From Lama guanicoe (Eukaryota): 50,629 nt of DNA. Positions 13,331-26,399 of this stretch are shown here, piece after piece. The notes under the pieces are model-generated. The model was not told the DNA's origin, did no database searches, and saw only the letters and a program-made list of their open reading frames with translations. Position 1 is the first letter of the stretch. Every line of letters begins with the position of its first letter. A program made the position numbers and the translations under genes. The stretch is from positions 4,120,799 to 4,171,427 of the forward strand of contig MU053588.1 of the NCBI GenBank assembly GCA_013239625.1, read 5' to 3'.

Positions 13331-14949
13331 CATCTCTGGAATCCCATTTCCAGGCTGTGTGGTAATTCAAGGAATTGATGATTGGGAACATAATGAACTG
13401 ATCCAAATAATGCATGCTTACTCAGTTTTAGATTATCCATTATAAACAATGTTGCAAAAGAAAAATCTTTCCACGTAGACCTTAGTCCCTGGAACTCTGT
13501 TGATTATCTCCTTGAAATCAATTTAAAAAAGTAGAAATGGTAATGCTGAAGAATGACAAACTTTAAAGTTAATGAAACCATAATGGCGTGTGTTTCCTCT
13601 AAAAAGATTTTTCTAACTTACTCTTCTTCCAAGAAAGTACAAATCCCTAAACCTCTTTACCCTGGCCAACAATGGACATGAATACTTAACAAAAAAACCT
13701 GATAATCTCAGGGGTCAGTTTGGGATGTAAAAACCAATTATTTCAAAATATTTTCACAAAGTTGATTAGTAATGAAAATCATTCTCCTTTCGTATGTTTG
13801 CCAGTCATCTCTATTTCTTGTTTTGTAATAATATTCATCTTGGGGACATTAAGGCCTTGTTGTAAATATTTTTCATTCTATCATGCTATTTGTCTTTTAA
13901 CTTTTTGCTATAGGGAAATTTAAAATTTCTATATAAAGATCCATTCAAAACTACATTTGTTCTTGCTGGGGCTCCAAACTTCTCAATCGTAGGCTGTGGT
14001 CTCTGAATAAGAATTTTGGTTTTATTTTGTTTGCTTGTGTGTGTGTGTTTTGTCTTGACTTTTTGCCTACCTTTTCACCCAGATGGTATGCCTGATACTT
14101 TTGATTTAGAAGATCAAGTCTTGACACTTGCCTACTGTAGCAACTTGAACAGGACTTCAAATTACACAAACCTCTTATCTCCATGTTGACAGTGAAGATG
14201 ATTCCAAGTCCCTCTCAGAGCAGTGACTAGAGTGACAGATGGGAAGGACCTGTGTGCCTTATAGTATGACTACAAATTTTAAATTAAGTACCTCTAATGC
14301 TCTGTAAAATAAATTAACTCATGAACAGTATAACACACAAAGACACACAAATATACACAGACACACAAAGAAAGCTTTCATGTCCTGGAAAGAAAGAATG
14401 TAGCTCCTTTTGTATGAAAACAGCTAACACTATTTTTTCTGAGTCCAGCTTCAGTATGATCCTGTTAAACAAAATTATCTTTTAGATACTCTTTTTACAA
14501 AGTATGTGAGGTACCACTTAGGAAAAAAACATTTTTTTAAGTTTTGAGTCCTTAGAACATAAGGACAAATAATATGAGAATTCCCTCAAAATTGCTTTTC
14601 AAGTAAAGATTATATGAAGAGAAACTGATACTGTTGTGTAAAACTGCGAAAATCTTCAAGAATTTAAAAGCTTGTGAATGAAGAATAGTTAAAAAATGGG
14701 GGAGGGTGTACAACAGTTCACTGAATATTAGATGACAAAAATTAAGTGCTATAAATTTAAGTAAAAAAAAAATTCAAAATTGTATTATTGCAAGCATAGT
14801 TATGAATGCACATGAGAAAAAAGCATAGAAAAAACAGGCGATTTGTAAGCAGGGTAATAATGTGTAGGTTTTCCCATTTAAAAAATTTCTATTCTCTTTT
14901 ACACTATTATTTGTGAAATAAAATGATAATAAAAACCAAAAGGAGCAAT

Positions 14950-15190
14950 ACGGGGATGGCAGAATGGGAGGTACAAACTATTGGGTGTAAGACAGGCTCA
15001 AGAATGTATCACACAACACGGGGAACATAGCCAATATTTTGTAATAACTGTAAATGGAAAGTAACCTTTAAAAATTGTATAAAAATAAAAAATTTAGAAA
15101 ATAAAGTTAAAATAAAAATAAATATAAAATAAAATACATACATAAAATAGAAAAATAGAAAGAACTGAAAGGAAATTTTTAAAGAACAAA
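14950..15190 (+). mobile_element. LINE-1 3' terminal fragment with A-rich tail
   Basis: GGGAGGTACAAACTATTGGGTGTAAGA...GGGAACATAGCCAATATTTTGTAATAACTGTAAATGGA followed by a long A-rich tract. Confidence 0.8.
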
Positions 15191-15319
15191 ACAAAAGCGT
15201 GGCACATAAATGGTATTAAATGTCTGCTGCCATTCTTTATTCTTGGCAAGGAAGAGAAAAAAGGTGTCTACTTACTGAGCAATAACCTGTTACGTGACTG
15301 AAATAAAAATCCAACTCAC

Positions 15320-15334
15320 CTGAAACTTGATCAT
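15320..15334 (-). CDS. ZNF112: ZNF112 start-codon micro-exon (MIKFQ); whole exon ~15320-15367
   Basis: ttttcag|GTCTCTG...GAAAATGATCAAGTTTCAG|gtgagt. The 15 coding nt end in phase 0 and join KRAB-A in frame. Confidence 0.88.
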
Positions 15335-17941
15335 TTTCTCCTCTTTTTCCTGGGGAAAGGCAGAGACCTGAAAAGGTACAAAAGATAACAAGAAAGAAGG
15401 CATGAGGGAAAGGCAAATGTATGTCTGTGCAAATCAAAAAAAAAGGCATCCCTTCTCCCAGGCAGACACAGCCACATACACCTTCACGGGCAGAGTGTGG
15501 GCTGGGGTCCAGCGGCCACTAGACTATCCTGGCGAGATGCCCACGTGCATGGGACAGCTTGCACCACTACTTCCAGCAGTCCTCACACACTTTGAGGCTC
15601 CCCAGATATTCATTCTGACTCTGGGGAAGGTGAGAAAGGAGAGACAGTTATGTGGAAGAGGAGAGGTACTGGTTAAAGGTGGACTCTGGGGACAATTCAT
15701 TTCCAAAGTATGGCATTGCTATATATCTGCTGTGTATTTGCTCTGTATTGGCACTGCTATGTATCTGCTATATATTTCTAACCACAGTTAAATGAATTAC
15801 CTTTATATGGTTCATTTCTGCAACCTGCAACATTAGGACTGTAATAGTACCAACACTATGAGCTTGCTTAGGATTATACAGTGAGTAGTGGAAAACTTGC
15901 AACCACATCAATGCTTTCTATTATCTTGTAGCTGCAGAGAAGCAGATGCTAGTCTCCATCATCAAACTGTCCTTGCAAATGGGGTTGTAAGAAATCTGGG
16001 TGGCAGAGATTATGGCTTTTTACTTAATAACTTGTTGCCCTGATAATGATATTTGTTGAGACATTGAGACCAGCCTTATGAAAGTTTAACAGCTGGTAAA
16101 CATTCTACTGAAGCTGGAGGAGGCTCAAATGGTCCATTCCTCTTCCCATGTGGATATAATAAAGATTACAGAAGCCTGTGATGCTACTTTATCTGTGTAA
16201 AGCACTCAGTGCTTGACCCCTGGGGGGATTTGGAGACCAGAAGTTTAATTTCATGGGCTCTTTCTCAACGTTATTTACTGCTCTCAACAGTTATTTACTG
16301 TTACTTCCCTTATTTATTATTCCCAAGCAACTTCAAGGTCATCTGTGGAGAAAAAGAACTCAAAAAGGGGGGGGGTGCTAATCATGGGCTACGAATAAGA
16401 CAGAGCCTTTTAGCACCATGCTAGCAAGGTTTTCTGTGGCTCTGGTAGAGTACCCAGCCCCTCCCAAGTCCCTGCCCACCGAGGGCACTGCTGGAGAAGC
16501 CACAGAATGTGTGCACAGCCCCCAGGAACAAGGATTAACTTGGCTGCATGACTAGAAGTGGAAGAGCTGAGTTTTCTTTCACTGATCTAACACTGATGGA
16601 TCACCTTCTAAAAGGGACAGATTTAGTTCCCAGATCTCTATTTGTAAGGAGCCTAGTGTAGGGGACCAATTAAGAAATCAGCAACTATACCCTACAACAA
16701 TAAGATGCCAGAGCAGAGTTTAGACAAGGTCCTCTGGGAGAGAATGGAAGGGGCCCCAAACCCAGGCTGGATAAGGGGGAGGGCCAGATGGGCTCCATGG
16801 AAAAAATGAGGCCTGATATCAGCCCTGGAGGATGACAGAGCTGTATTAGCCACTCTCAGCTAATCCGAGTACTGACACGGAATGAGGGTCAGAGGGTAAC
16901 TGGGACAAATGAGGAGGCGGAAAAAGTGGTGAGAAGTCAGGAGCCTGATCATGTGCTTTAGAAAAATTGCCTCATTTAATCCTCACAACAACGACCAGAG
17001 AGGTTGGGACAATTTTTGCAGTTGAGAATATCAAAACATTGAGACTTTAAGATATTTTGCTTGTGGTTAGCTATTTAGTCAGCAGAGCAGCCAGAGTTAT
17101 TAGCCCAGAGTCTGTGTTCTTAATTACTAGGTCAGTGGATCTCAATCTGCCAACTTACTCACTGGTATCACTGGGGAGTAAAAAAAAAAAAGAAAGCCAA
17201 CAAAACCAATGCCCAGCCAAGCCAGTCTAGAATCTATAAATCAGCATCTGTAGGAAGAGTTTCCATGGATGACTACAGTTTGCAGAGAGGGATGCAAACC
17301 ACAGACTGTGAGATGAGTAAGAGGCAGTCTGCAAGCTAAGCCCATGCAATTAACCACCAGGTCATTCAGCCTCTCAGTGAGTACAGGACATCACTGGAGA
17401 ATACACAAGCCAGGAGCAGAGCACGGCCTGGGACCCAGGCCTGCTGATTCCCCGGTCCCCAAAAGTTCCTGAAGCTGACTCCACTCTGAGTTGTGGATGT
17501 CTTTGCAGGAAGACTTAGCATGAAGACAGGCTTCCAGTTTAAACCAGCCTGATCAGCTTTCTCAAGCAATAGGCGGGTCACTATTCATCCTCAGGACCTT
17601 GAAAATTCAGAATATAAGGCAATTCATATTAAGTAGGCATTTAAACAAACAGTGGTCATCCTACAGAATGTTCTTGTTTCTTTGTGTGTTTGCTAGAGTC
17701 AAAGTCTGATTATGTTCCTTTCTTGGTTATAAAACATGTGTATGGTAGCCAATACCTTTAGATAAAGTCTGGGTTCCATGCAAGACACACAGAGAAGAAT
17801 CTTCCACATCCGTTTGCTCATTTTTTTCTCCAAACCCTCTCTTCCCCTGTAACCTCCAGCCTGTAAACTGCTTGATCTCAGGAAACCCTCCAGGCCTTTG
17901 CATGTGCTATTCCTCTGACCTTCTTCCTTTTTTACCTAGAT

Positions 17942-18135
17942 CAGAGGTTGGTAAACTTTTTTTTTTTAACATATAACGGGACAGATAGTATATCTTTTAG
18001 GCTTTGTGGCCACATCCTGTTTCTCTCCAATACTGTTCTTATTCTTTTACAGCCTTTTAAACGTACAAGCCATTCTCAGCAGGGGAGTAAGAGATTTACA
18101 AAAACCATGGCCATGGGGAGTAGTTTGCCCACCTG
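17942..18135 (-). mobile_element. MER58-type hAT-Charlie MITE
   Basis: TIR-like ends CAGAGGTTGGTAAACT and TAGTTTGCCCACCTG; internal TTTTAGGCTTTGTGGCCACAT. Confidence 0.7.
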
Positions 18136-18254
18136 CATCCTCCACTCTCTTAGATTTTAACACTCAGCTGCTCCAGGATACCTTTTAACAGGTTTGGTTG
18201 CAGCCTTATCAGTTACTAAAACCTACTTTGCCAGCCCATTTTTGCCAGAAAGCA

Positions 18255-18490
18255 ATGTTTTGGCCAAGAGCCCAGTCTATAGAATCGGACTACCAAGCTT
18301 CAATCTTGATTCTGCCACTTACTGGCAGAGTAAACTTTTGCAAGTTAATTAACCTCTTGATGCCTCTATTTCTTCATCTGTAAAATGGAAATACAAAGAG
18401 TTATTATGAAGAATAGATAAGTTAATGCATCAAAGCATTCGAAAGCCAGTGTGATTCGTAAGAAACAACCAATAAATATTAGCTATTACT
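18255..18490 (+). mobile_element. MIR SINE
   Basis: MIR core TCTGCCACTTACT...GCAAGTTAATTAACCTCT..TGCCTCTATTTCTTCATCTGTAAAATGG. Confidence 0.8.
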
Positions 18491-18975
18491 AGGATCATCC
18501 TCATTGTCACCATGAAATATACAGAAGCCACATATTAGCCCTGGTTTGTTTCTAAGTATACTTATTTTGGGTAGTAATTATCAATAGGTGTTTATCACCT
18601 TTTGAATATTCTGAAAAAGCTGGTCGCTTCAGCATCCCACCAAAACTGACTGAGATAAAGGACAGGGAATATCTGTAGTATTTAGTCTCCTACATCCATT
18701 TTCAGAAAATTTGAATATAATCTCACATTGCGGAAGGTTCCTACTTCCCAATGTGTGTTGGAAAGCTACACCAGCAGCACACAGATCCTTCCTGCTAATC
18801 CCTATACTTGCAATAAGCACAATGAGAACTTGACCTAGTCCCTTCTACCAGAAACCTGCAACTGAGTAGGAGACAGACCAGAAAGAGGGAGCAGAAATTC
18901 CAGTGAACTCAAAGACAGGTCACAAGAAATTGCTAAAATTGAAGCTCAAGAAAATCATGTGCATTTCATTGGTTT

Positions 18976-21185
18976 TTGATGGCATGTTCTAGAAATGTTG
19001 ATGAGGTCGAGTTGGTTAACAGTATTGTTCAGGTAAGAATAATCAGTTTTGTATTCTTACTGAGTTTTGGTCTGCTTGCTCTACGGACTAGAAGAGAGTT
19101 GCAATCTCCACATGTAATTGCGGAGTTCTCTATTCTTTCAGTCGTCAGGTCTTCTTCACGTAGTTTGAAGCTCTGTTGTTTTCAGGATGCATATTTAGGA
19201 CTGTCGTGTATACTTGGTGAGTTGACCCTTGGTGTAGCGTCCCTATTTACCCATGGTGATAGTCCTTGTTCTGAAGTCTACTTTACCTGATACTCACATA
19301 GTCACTCCAGCTTTCTTCTGATTGGTGGTTGCCTGGTACCTTTTTTAAAAAAAAATCTTTTTAACTTTCCACCTATCTATATCCCTGATGTAAGGATATC
19401 CAAAGTGGGGTTCCTTTAGATAGCATATACTCGGTTTTTGTTCTTTATCTGATCATATAATCTCTTTTAATTAATCTATGTAGGTCACTAGCATTTCATG
19501 TAATTTTTATCTTCATACACAGAGGTGGGAAAACCACCCAGCTGTCACGTAATTTTTAACATGGCTGGATTTAAGTCTACCATTTTATTATTTTTTTCCC
19601 CTGTTCTTCCTTCCTAATTTTCTTCTTCTATTACTTTTTCCTGCCTTCTTTTAGGTTTTTTTTTTTAAGTATTCAATTCATTTTCATTTATCTATTAGTT
19701 TTTGGCTATTATCACCCGAGTTGCTTTTTTTTTTCCTCTAGGGTTGCAATATACATACCTAATCTTTCACAGTGTACTTACTGTTATTATGTTACCAATT
19801 CCCCCTTTATGTATTACTTATTGTATGTATTACTTATTGTATGTATTACTCTATATACAATACTCTAGTCAGGAAGTTATAATTTTTACTTTAAACAATT
19901 GCATTTTTAAGAGGAGAAAAACATTATTTTACACATACCAAAAACCTTACTATTTCTGTTGTTCTTTCTTCACTTCTGAAGTTCCTAGTTTCCATTTGGC
20001 ACCAAGCCTAAAGAATTTCCTTTGGCACTCCAGTTTTGCATAGGTAGGACATTTTTTCCCCTTCATTCCTGAAGGAAATTTTCAGTGGATACATACTTTG
20101 AGTTGACAATTCCTTTAAGAACACCAAAGATGTTGTTCCAATGTTTCCTGATCTTCATAGTTTCCAATGAGAAATCTGCAGACATATGAATCACTGTTCT
20201 ACCATATATAATGTGTCATTTCCAGGGGTGGAAAGGTTGTAACATCTGCAAGTCAACCTCTTCATCTACTTAGAAGCAGCAGCCCAAAGTGCTCAGTGGC
20301 TGAAATGAAACCAAATGACTAGACTAAAAGAGACCACTGTGTACTCTAGGTATGCTCAAGAATCTTTATCTTTAATTTTCAGAAGCTTGATTATGATGTA
20401 TCCAGAAATAATTTTCTTTGAATTGGCTATATTTGGTATTCACTGAGCTTCCTGAATCTGTAAATGTACATCTCTCACCAAATTTGGGGAGTTTTCAGCA
20501 TGACTTCCACATAAATATTCCTCTCCTCTCCTCCTGCGACTCCAATAACGTGCATATTAGACTTTTAATATTATCTCAGAAATCCTTAAGGCTCCACTCA
20601 TTTTTTTCAATGTTTTTTCTCTCTGTTGTTCAGATTGCACTATTTATAATCATTTATCTTCAAGTTCATTGATTCTTTCCTTTGTCATCTTCAGTCTGCT
20701 ATTGAGCCCACCAAATTAACTTTTTATCTCAGGCATTGCATTTTTCATTAAACAAACATTAATTTATAAGAACTTTAAGTATTTTTCTCAACTATAATAG
20801 AATTAAACGAGAAATGAATAACAAAAAGCTATATGGACAATCTCCAAACTTTTAGAAATTAAACAGCATAGTTCTAGGAACCAGTGGACCAAAGTCACAA
20901 TAGAGCATATGTTGAATGGACTCAAAATGAAGAGGCAACATATCAAAATGTATGAGATGCAGCCCAAACAGATATTTTAGAAAAAATACATCCAATGACT
21001 TATATGTTAAAAAAGAAGAAGGGTCTTAAGTCCATCATCTAAGCTAAGAACTAGGAAAGAAAGGGCAAATAAAGTAAACCTAAAACAAACAGAAAAAAAG
21101 GAAATAATAAACATATGACAGAAATCAATAAATCCAAAATAAACATGAAACATAAAACAATGTAACTGAAAATACAAAAACAACA
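18976..21185. mobile_element. Patchwork of old L1M fragments (antisense to ~20750, then sense ORF2)
   Basis: Antisense L1 motifs (TTGTTCTGAAGTCTACTTTACCTGATA..CACTCCAGCTTTC; CCAAATTTGGGGAGTTTTCAGC) and sense motifs (CAACATATCAAAATGTATGAGATGCAGC; GCAGAAATCAAT). Confidence 0.7.
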
Positions 21186-21193
21186 GACAAAAT

Positions 21194-22960
21194 CAGGATT
21201 GGCGAAATATGGCCACTATACAGGTCCACTGGTTATTTCTATATAGGCTGTGAACTATTTACCATTCTTTGAGATGAACTAACACTGATTTTTTTTTTAA
21301 TGGTTGGGGAAAAAAAGTCTTAAGAATATTATTTTATGACACAAGAAAATTACATGAAATTCAAATGTCAGTGTTCATAAAGTTTTACTGGAACACTGCC
21401 ATGCTCATTTGTTTATGTACTGCCTCTAGTTGCTTTCACACTACAGCAGCAGAGTTGTGTAGTTGCAACAGAGACAGTGTGTGCCCCTCTCATTTCTCTG
21501 TACTGTGGCTAAGCAGAATACAAATCACAGTGACCCAGCTGCAGCTCAAGGGTGCTTCAAGTACCACATGTATTGACAAGTATCACATGTATTGATATAC
21601 CACAACATTTTGATTTTTTTTGTTACTAGCACATACTCATCATGTCAAAACGAGAAGAGAAAAACAGACTTCAAATGTTGCACTTTCAAGGCACACTGGA
21701 AGTAAAATATTTTGTTACTGAATGAGATGGCAAAGCCTTTTGCTTTTTATGTGGTAACAACACAGCTCTGCTAAAAGAGTACAGTATGTGTCAATATTAT
21801 CAGACTAAGCATTCATCACAAATATGCTCAACTCACAGGAAAGCACTGGGCAGAAAAATTAGAAAATTTTTAATGAAATGTCTCATTAGAACAGAAATTC
21901 TTCAAAAAAATAAATAAAAATGAAGCTGCAACCAATGTAAGTATTGGATATTCAAATATTCAGCTTCTATTTCTGACCCCAGCAAATAAAGCAATTTACT
22001 AGTTAATTAAATCATGCTTGATTGTAGCAGCCAAAGAAATATGTCCAGAGACAATAAACTCTTTAAAGATTATTAGACTTTGGGCAACAATGGTTGCTCA
22101 AAGAGTTGAATACAATGGGAACAACATTATAGTCAATTAAAATACAAGGGAAATAATTCTGATAAATTTGGGGGGGGAGGGCTCTTCATAATTCAACATA
22201 TATCACAAACGTTGCTCAGTAACTGTTTATTTAAGGATTCAATGCCAATTTGAAGTGAGTAATTAAAAAGCCTCTAGGAACAGTCTGAGCTGGAACAACT
22301 ACAAGTGAAAATATTTTCAAAGAAGTTGAAAAGATACTAATTCAATACAACCCAAAGTGTAATCTTCTGGAATGTGTTAAAACTGATTACAAATTTATAA
22401 AGCTTATAACAGTGTAAGTGTTTAAAGCCTATGGTTATTCACTGCATTATTCATCAGCAGATACCCTGCAGAAAATATTTTAATATATCACGTACTAGTG
22501 AAGTAGCAGCATCATCAGTGAACTTCACCTTCTCTCATGGACTTCATCATCATCAGTTTCGTGAATTTGTGTCAGAAACAGACGCTGAATATCCTGACTT
22601 GCCTTACCACACAGCAGTTCCATGGCTGAGCGGCAGTAAAGTTTTATTGTGATTTTTTAAATCTCAGGGTTTCTGAATGAGAAAGCTGCCTCCACCACTA
22701 TTATCAGATACTGAATGGCTTTGGAAATTAGCTTTAGCTCCCAGCTTCATGACCTTTCTTAATGAATTCAACCTATAAGTAGAAGGCAAAAAGAGCACTT
22801 ATACTGTAATAAAGTCATTTCAATAACAACTGATTTTGTTTGAATCACAAGTAATGCTAAGCTACTTTATAAATTTCCATTGAGGTCAAAAGTTAAAACA
22901 AGGAAGATTTCTGGTCCCATACGAATTTGTAGTGTGATGATGCAACTGCCAAAACTCACA
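21194..22960 (+). mobile_element. Cheshire-like hAT-Charlie autonomous element relic with decayed transposase
   Basis: MER58-like left arm (21194-21480), then an ATG at 21642. Remnants KYFVTE*DGKAFCFLCGNNTALLKEYSMCQYYQTKH (BED-like) and IHCIIHQQ...HGLHHHQFREF...YPDLPYHTAVPWLSGSKVL (hAT CxxH and RWLS-region motifs); many stops and frameshifts. Confidence 0.85.
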
Positions 22961-23194
22961 GCATTTTACACTAAAAATACTTCTGCATACAGGTTAAACA
23001 ACAAATGTTGAAAAATTAAATGAGGCTGTTTAACGAGCACTTGTCCAATCTTAAAGTGCATAGTGATCACCTGGTTTCTATTAAAAGGAAGATCCTTGAT
23101 CCTACCCCCTCAAAATTCTAAATAATTTGGTTTGGGAATAGATCCAAGGATCTGCCTTTATATACAGCTCCCAATTGCTGATGCTGCTTGAAAG

Positions 23195-25210
23195 TAGCCA
23201 GAGAAAAACAATGCATTACCTACAGGGGTACAATGACTTGAATGAATCATATTTCTCATTAGAAACCATGGAGACAAGAAGAAAACAGCATTATACTTTT
23301 AAAGTAGTGAAAGAAAAGAATTGTCAGAGCAGAATTGTATACTAAGGACATAGCTTAGAAAAATATTCAGGAATGAAGGTGAAATAATGATATTCTCAGA
23401 TGAACTAAGAATTCATAGGGAGCAGACTTGCTCTAAACGGACTAGTAAAGGAAAATTTTCAAAGGAAATGAGAGAAAGATATTTGCATTATCAGGAAGGA
23501 GGAGCAACAGAACAGTAAATGTTCAGGAAAATATGACATTTCTCTTGAGTTCTTTACAATATATTTTGCTGTTGGAAGCAAAAATTAAAACACCAATAGG
23601 GTTTTCAAAGTGTAAACATGCAATACATAACAACTAGAGCACAAAGGTAATGCATTCTTTTTCTCTGACTGCTTTCTAGTTTCTTTCTTTGTCTTTAGTT
23701 TTCAGTGGTTTGATTATGATGTGCCTGGGCTTGGATTGCTTTGAGTTTATCCTGTTTTGGATTTGTTCAACTTATTAGAAGAAATCTCTAACGTACACTT
23801 AAGATACTAGAAGACAGAAGCGAAATAAAGCCAAGCCAAGCAAAAGAAAGGAAATAATAATGTTAAAAGTAGAAATCAATGAAATTGAAGTTTTTAATTT
23901 TTTTTACAATAACAAAAACTCTAGCAAGAATGGCAAAGAACAAAAGAGAGATAACAAAAGTTACCAATATTAGGAATGAAAGAGTAGATATCACTACTTC
24001 CAGTAGGAAATATGAGAAAATCTTCCTGATTTGGAGTTAGGCAGAGTTCCTAGATATGAAAAGCAGAATTCATAAAAGAAAACACTGACAAATAAAACTT
24101 CATTGAAATTACAATCTTTTGCTCTGCAAAAGACACTGTTAAGAGAATGAAAAGACAAGCTATAAGCAGAGAAGAAATATCTACAAATCACATATCTGAT
24201 AAAGGACTAATATCCAGAATATATGAACAACTCTCAAAAATCAACAATAAGGAAAACACAACCCAATTACCCAATTTAAAACTGGGCCAAACATATAAAC
24301 AAACAACTTAGCAAAGTCAATTAAGCTGAACAAAAGGTATATCTCTTGAACATCTTTTAAATTAAAGTCACAATGAGATACCAACACAAGCCTACTGTAA
24401 TGGCTAAAATTTTTTAAAAAGGCAATACTAAATGCTGACAAGGATGTGGAGCAAGTGGAAGTCTCCTATACCATTAATGGGAATGCAAAACGGTAGATCC
24501 CCTAGAGAACAGTTCGGCTGCTTCTTACAAAGTGAAACAGGTATTTTCCATATGACTCAGCAATCCCATTCCTGGTTATGAATTAACCAGAGAAATAAAT
24601 ACAAAATCTTATACACAAATGTTTACAGCAGCTTATTCATAACTACTAAAAACTAGAAACATTTGAAATATTCTTCAACAGGTGAATGGATAAACTATGG
24701 TATATCCATAATGTAATACTAACCAGTAATAAAAACAAATGAAGTACGGGGGGAGGGTAGTTCAGTTGTTAGAGCACATGCTTAGCATATATGAGGTCTT
24801 GAGTTCAGTCCTCAGTACCTCCATTAAAAAATAAACAAACAAATAAATATACAAATCTAAGTACCTTCCCAAACAAAAACAAAACAAATGAAGTACTGAT
24901 ACACACAACAACTTGGAAGAATGTCAAAGGCATTATGCTGAGTGAAAGAACCCAGTCTTAGAAGATAACAGACGGTACAAGTCCACTTACATAACATTTT
25001 TGAAAAGACAAACCTACAGAGTTATAGTGGTTGCAGTGAGGGATGATTATAAAAGGAAAATAGAAGGGGAATTTGGGGGGGGGGTGGAACTGTTCCGTAC
25101 CTGACAACAGTGGTGATTATACAAATCCTTACCTGTGGTAAAATTAATAGAACTGTACCGACAAAAGGAAAAAATCAGTCAATTTTACTGAATGATAATT
25201 GGTTTAAAAA
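23195..25210 (+). mobile_element. L1 relic (ORF1, ORF2 and 3' UTR pieces, with a short antisense piece ~23650-23780)
   Basis: TTCTCATTAGAAACCATGGAG (ORF1), GCTCTGCAAAAGACACTGTTAAGAGAATGAAAAGACAAGC (ORF2) and CATTATGCTGAGTGAAAGAA (3' UTR). Confidence 0.8.
24748..24880 (+). mobile_element. tRNA-derived SINE (camelid Vic-1-like) nested in L1
   Basis: GGGGAGGGTAGTTCAGTTGTTAGAGCACATGCTTAGC...GAGTTCAGTCC. Perfect 16-bp TSD aaaacaaatgaagtac at 24732-24747 and 24881-24896. Confidence 0.9.
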
Positions 25211-25544
25211 AAAAACTGCTTCTCATTTGTAAAATGAGGGTAATGATAGGTTTGCTAATGAGAAATAAATTAATAACTGTAAATCACTGGAAACACTGCC
25301 TAGTTGTAAAACACAAGTAACAATAAATGTTAATTATCGTTCCTATCAATGTGTTTCTTAGGAACTTTGTCTTAGATCATGAAAATAATTGTTCATAAGC
25401 TTTTCAGTAATCTGAGAGATGGTGGAATACAATTAAATTGCAAATGGCTAAAAAAAAAAAAAGTCAACAAAAACTCAGTTTTCAACGCCTCTACAAAAAT
25501 CCAAACATGCATTCTCAACCTGACATTAAACACATTAAGAACTA

Positions 25545-25775
25545 AAGCAGCAGATTGAAACTACCTAAATTTAAATCCCAGCTAAGCCTGTTACCAGCTG
25601 TGTGACCCAGGATAAACAACTTATGCTGTCTTTGACTCAGTTTCCTCATCTTCAACATGGGAATAACAGTATCCCCAGCTCCCACAGGGCTCTTGTGAGG
25701 ACTAAATATGTTTCAGTCATACAAAACTCCTAGAATAATGTTTCCACTAAATGTTTAAATAGTATCATTATTACT
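25545..25775 (+). mobile_element. MIR SINE
   Basis: TTAAATCCCAGCT..TTACCAGCTGTGTGACC...CTCAGTTTCCTCATCTTCAACATGGGAATAACAGTA. Confidence 0.75.
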
Positions 25776-26399
25776 TATGCCCAAATACTCCCCCATCCCT
25801 TTCTGCATTTATCCAATAAATAACAGGTCAACTTTGTAGCAGAAGCATTTGCCCAGGAGTGAAGGAGTATCTTCTCCCCTGAGAAGAGATGACATAAGAG
25901 GAAGAAGGATGCTAAGTCCTACTCAGGTGAGGCTCTGCTGCCTGGAGCCAAAGGGTCATTCCCTTCTCGCTGCAGCCTTTTTCAAGAAGTCAAGGCTGGG
26001 AAAGGAAAGGAGGCTGGGAGAAATCAGAACTTCATCAGCATTCCCGCATAAATTACTGTGGACGTCCCAGACAACAGCTAGGAGTCACCTCCTCCAAAAG
26101 TTAAAATTTAAATAAAAAAAAATCATGAGGTATTAGGGTACAGCCCCGCTTCCTTCAGGGAATCTGAGATGCGCCAGGCACACTGCGGCAGGAGGTCTGA
26201 CCCCATCCCAAGTTTCCAGAAGCTTTCAGGGAATTGAGCGCTTCTTGGGAAATTAAAAAATACTAGTAACAAGAGGCGTATTTTTTAACCACAAGCCAGC
26301 CCCTGTTCTAAGTCTTTTCCTGTATCTTCTCATTTAACTCTCAAAATAGCCTTATTAGGCAGACACATTTAACGCCAACTTTAAAGAAGAGTAAACAGG

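Noticed and set aside
15712..15778. Short degenerate tandem duplication (ggcattgctatatatctgct / ggcactgctatgtatctgct)
   Set aside because: Ordinary slippage-type low-complexity repeat with no sign of function.
24748..24825. tRNA gene
   Set aside because: The tRNA-like head is followed by a SINE body, A-rich tail and TSD; the same holds for the other four copies.
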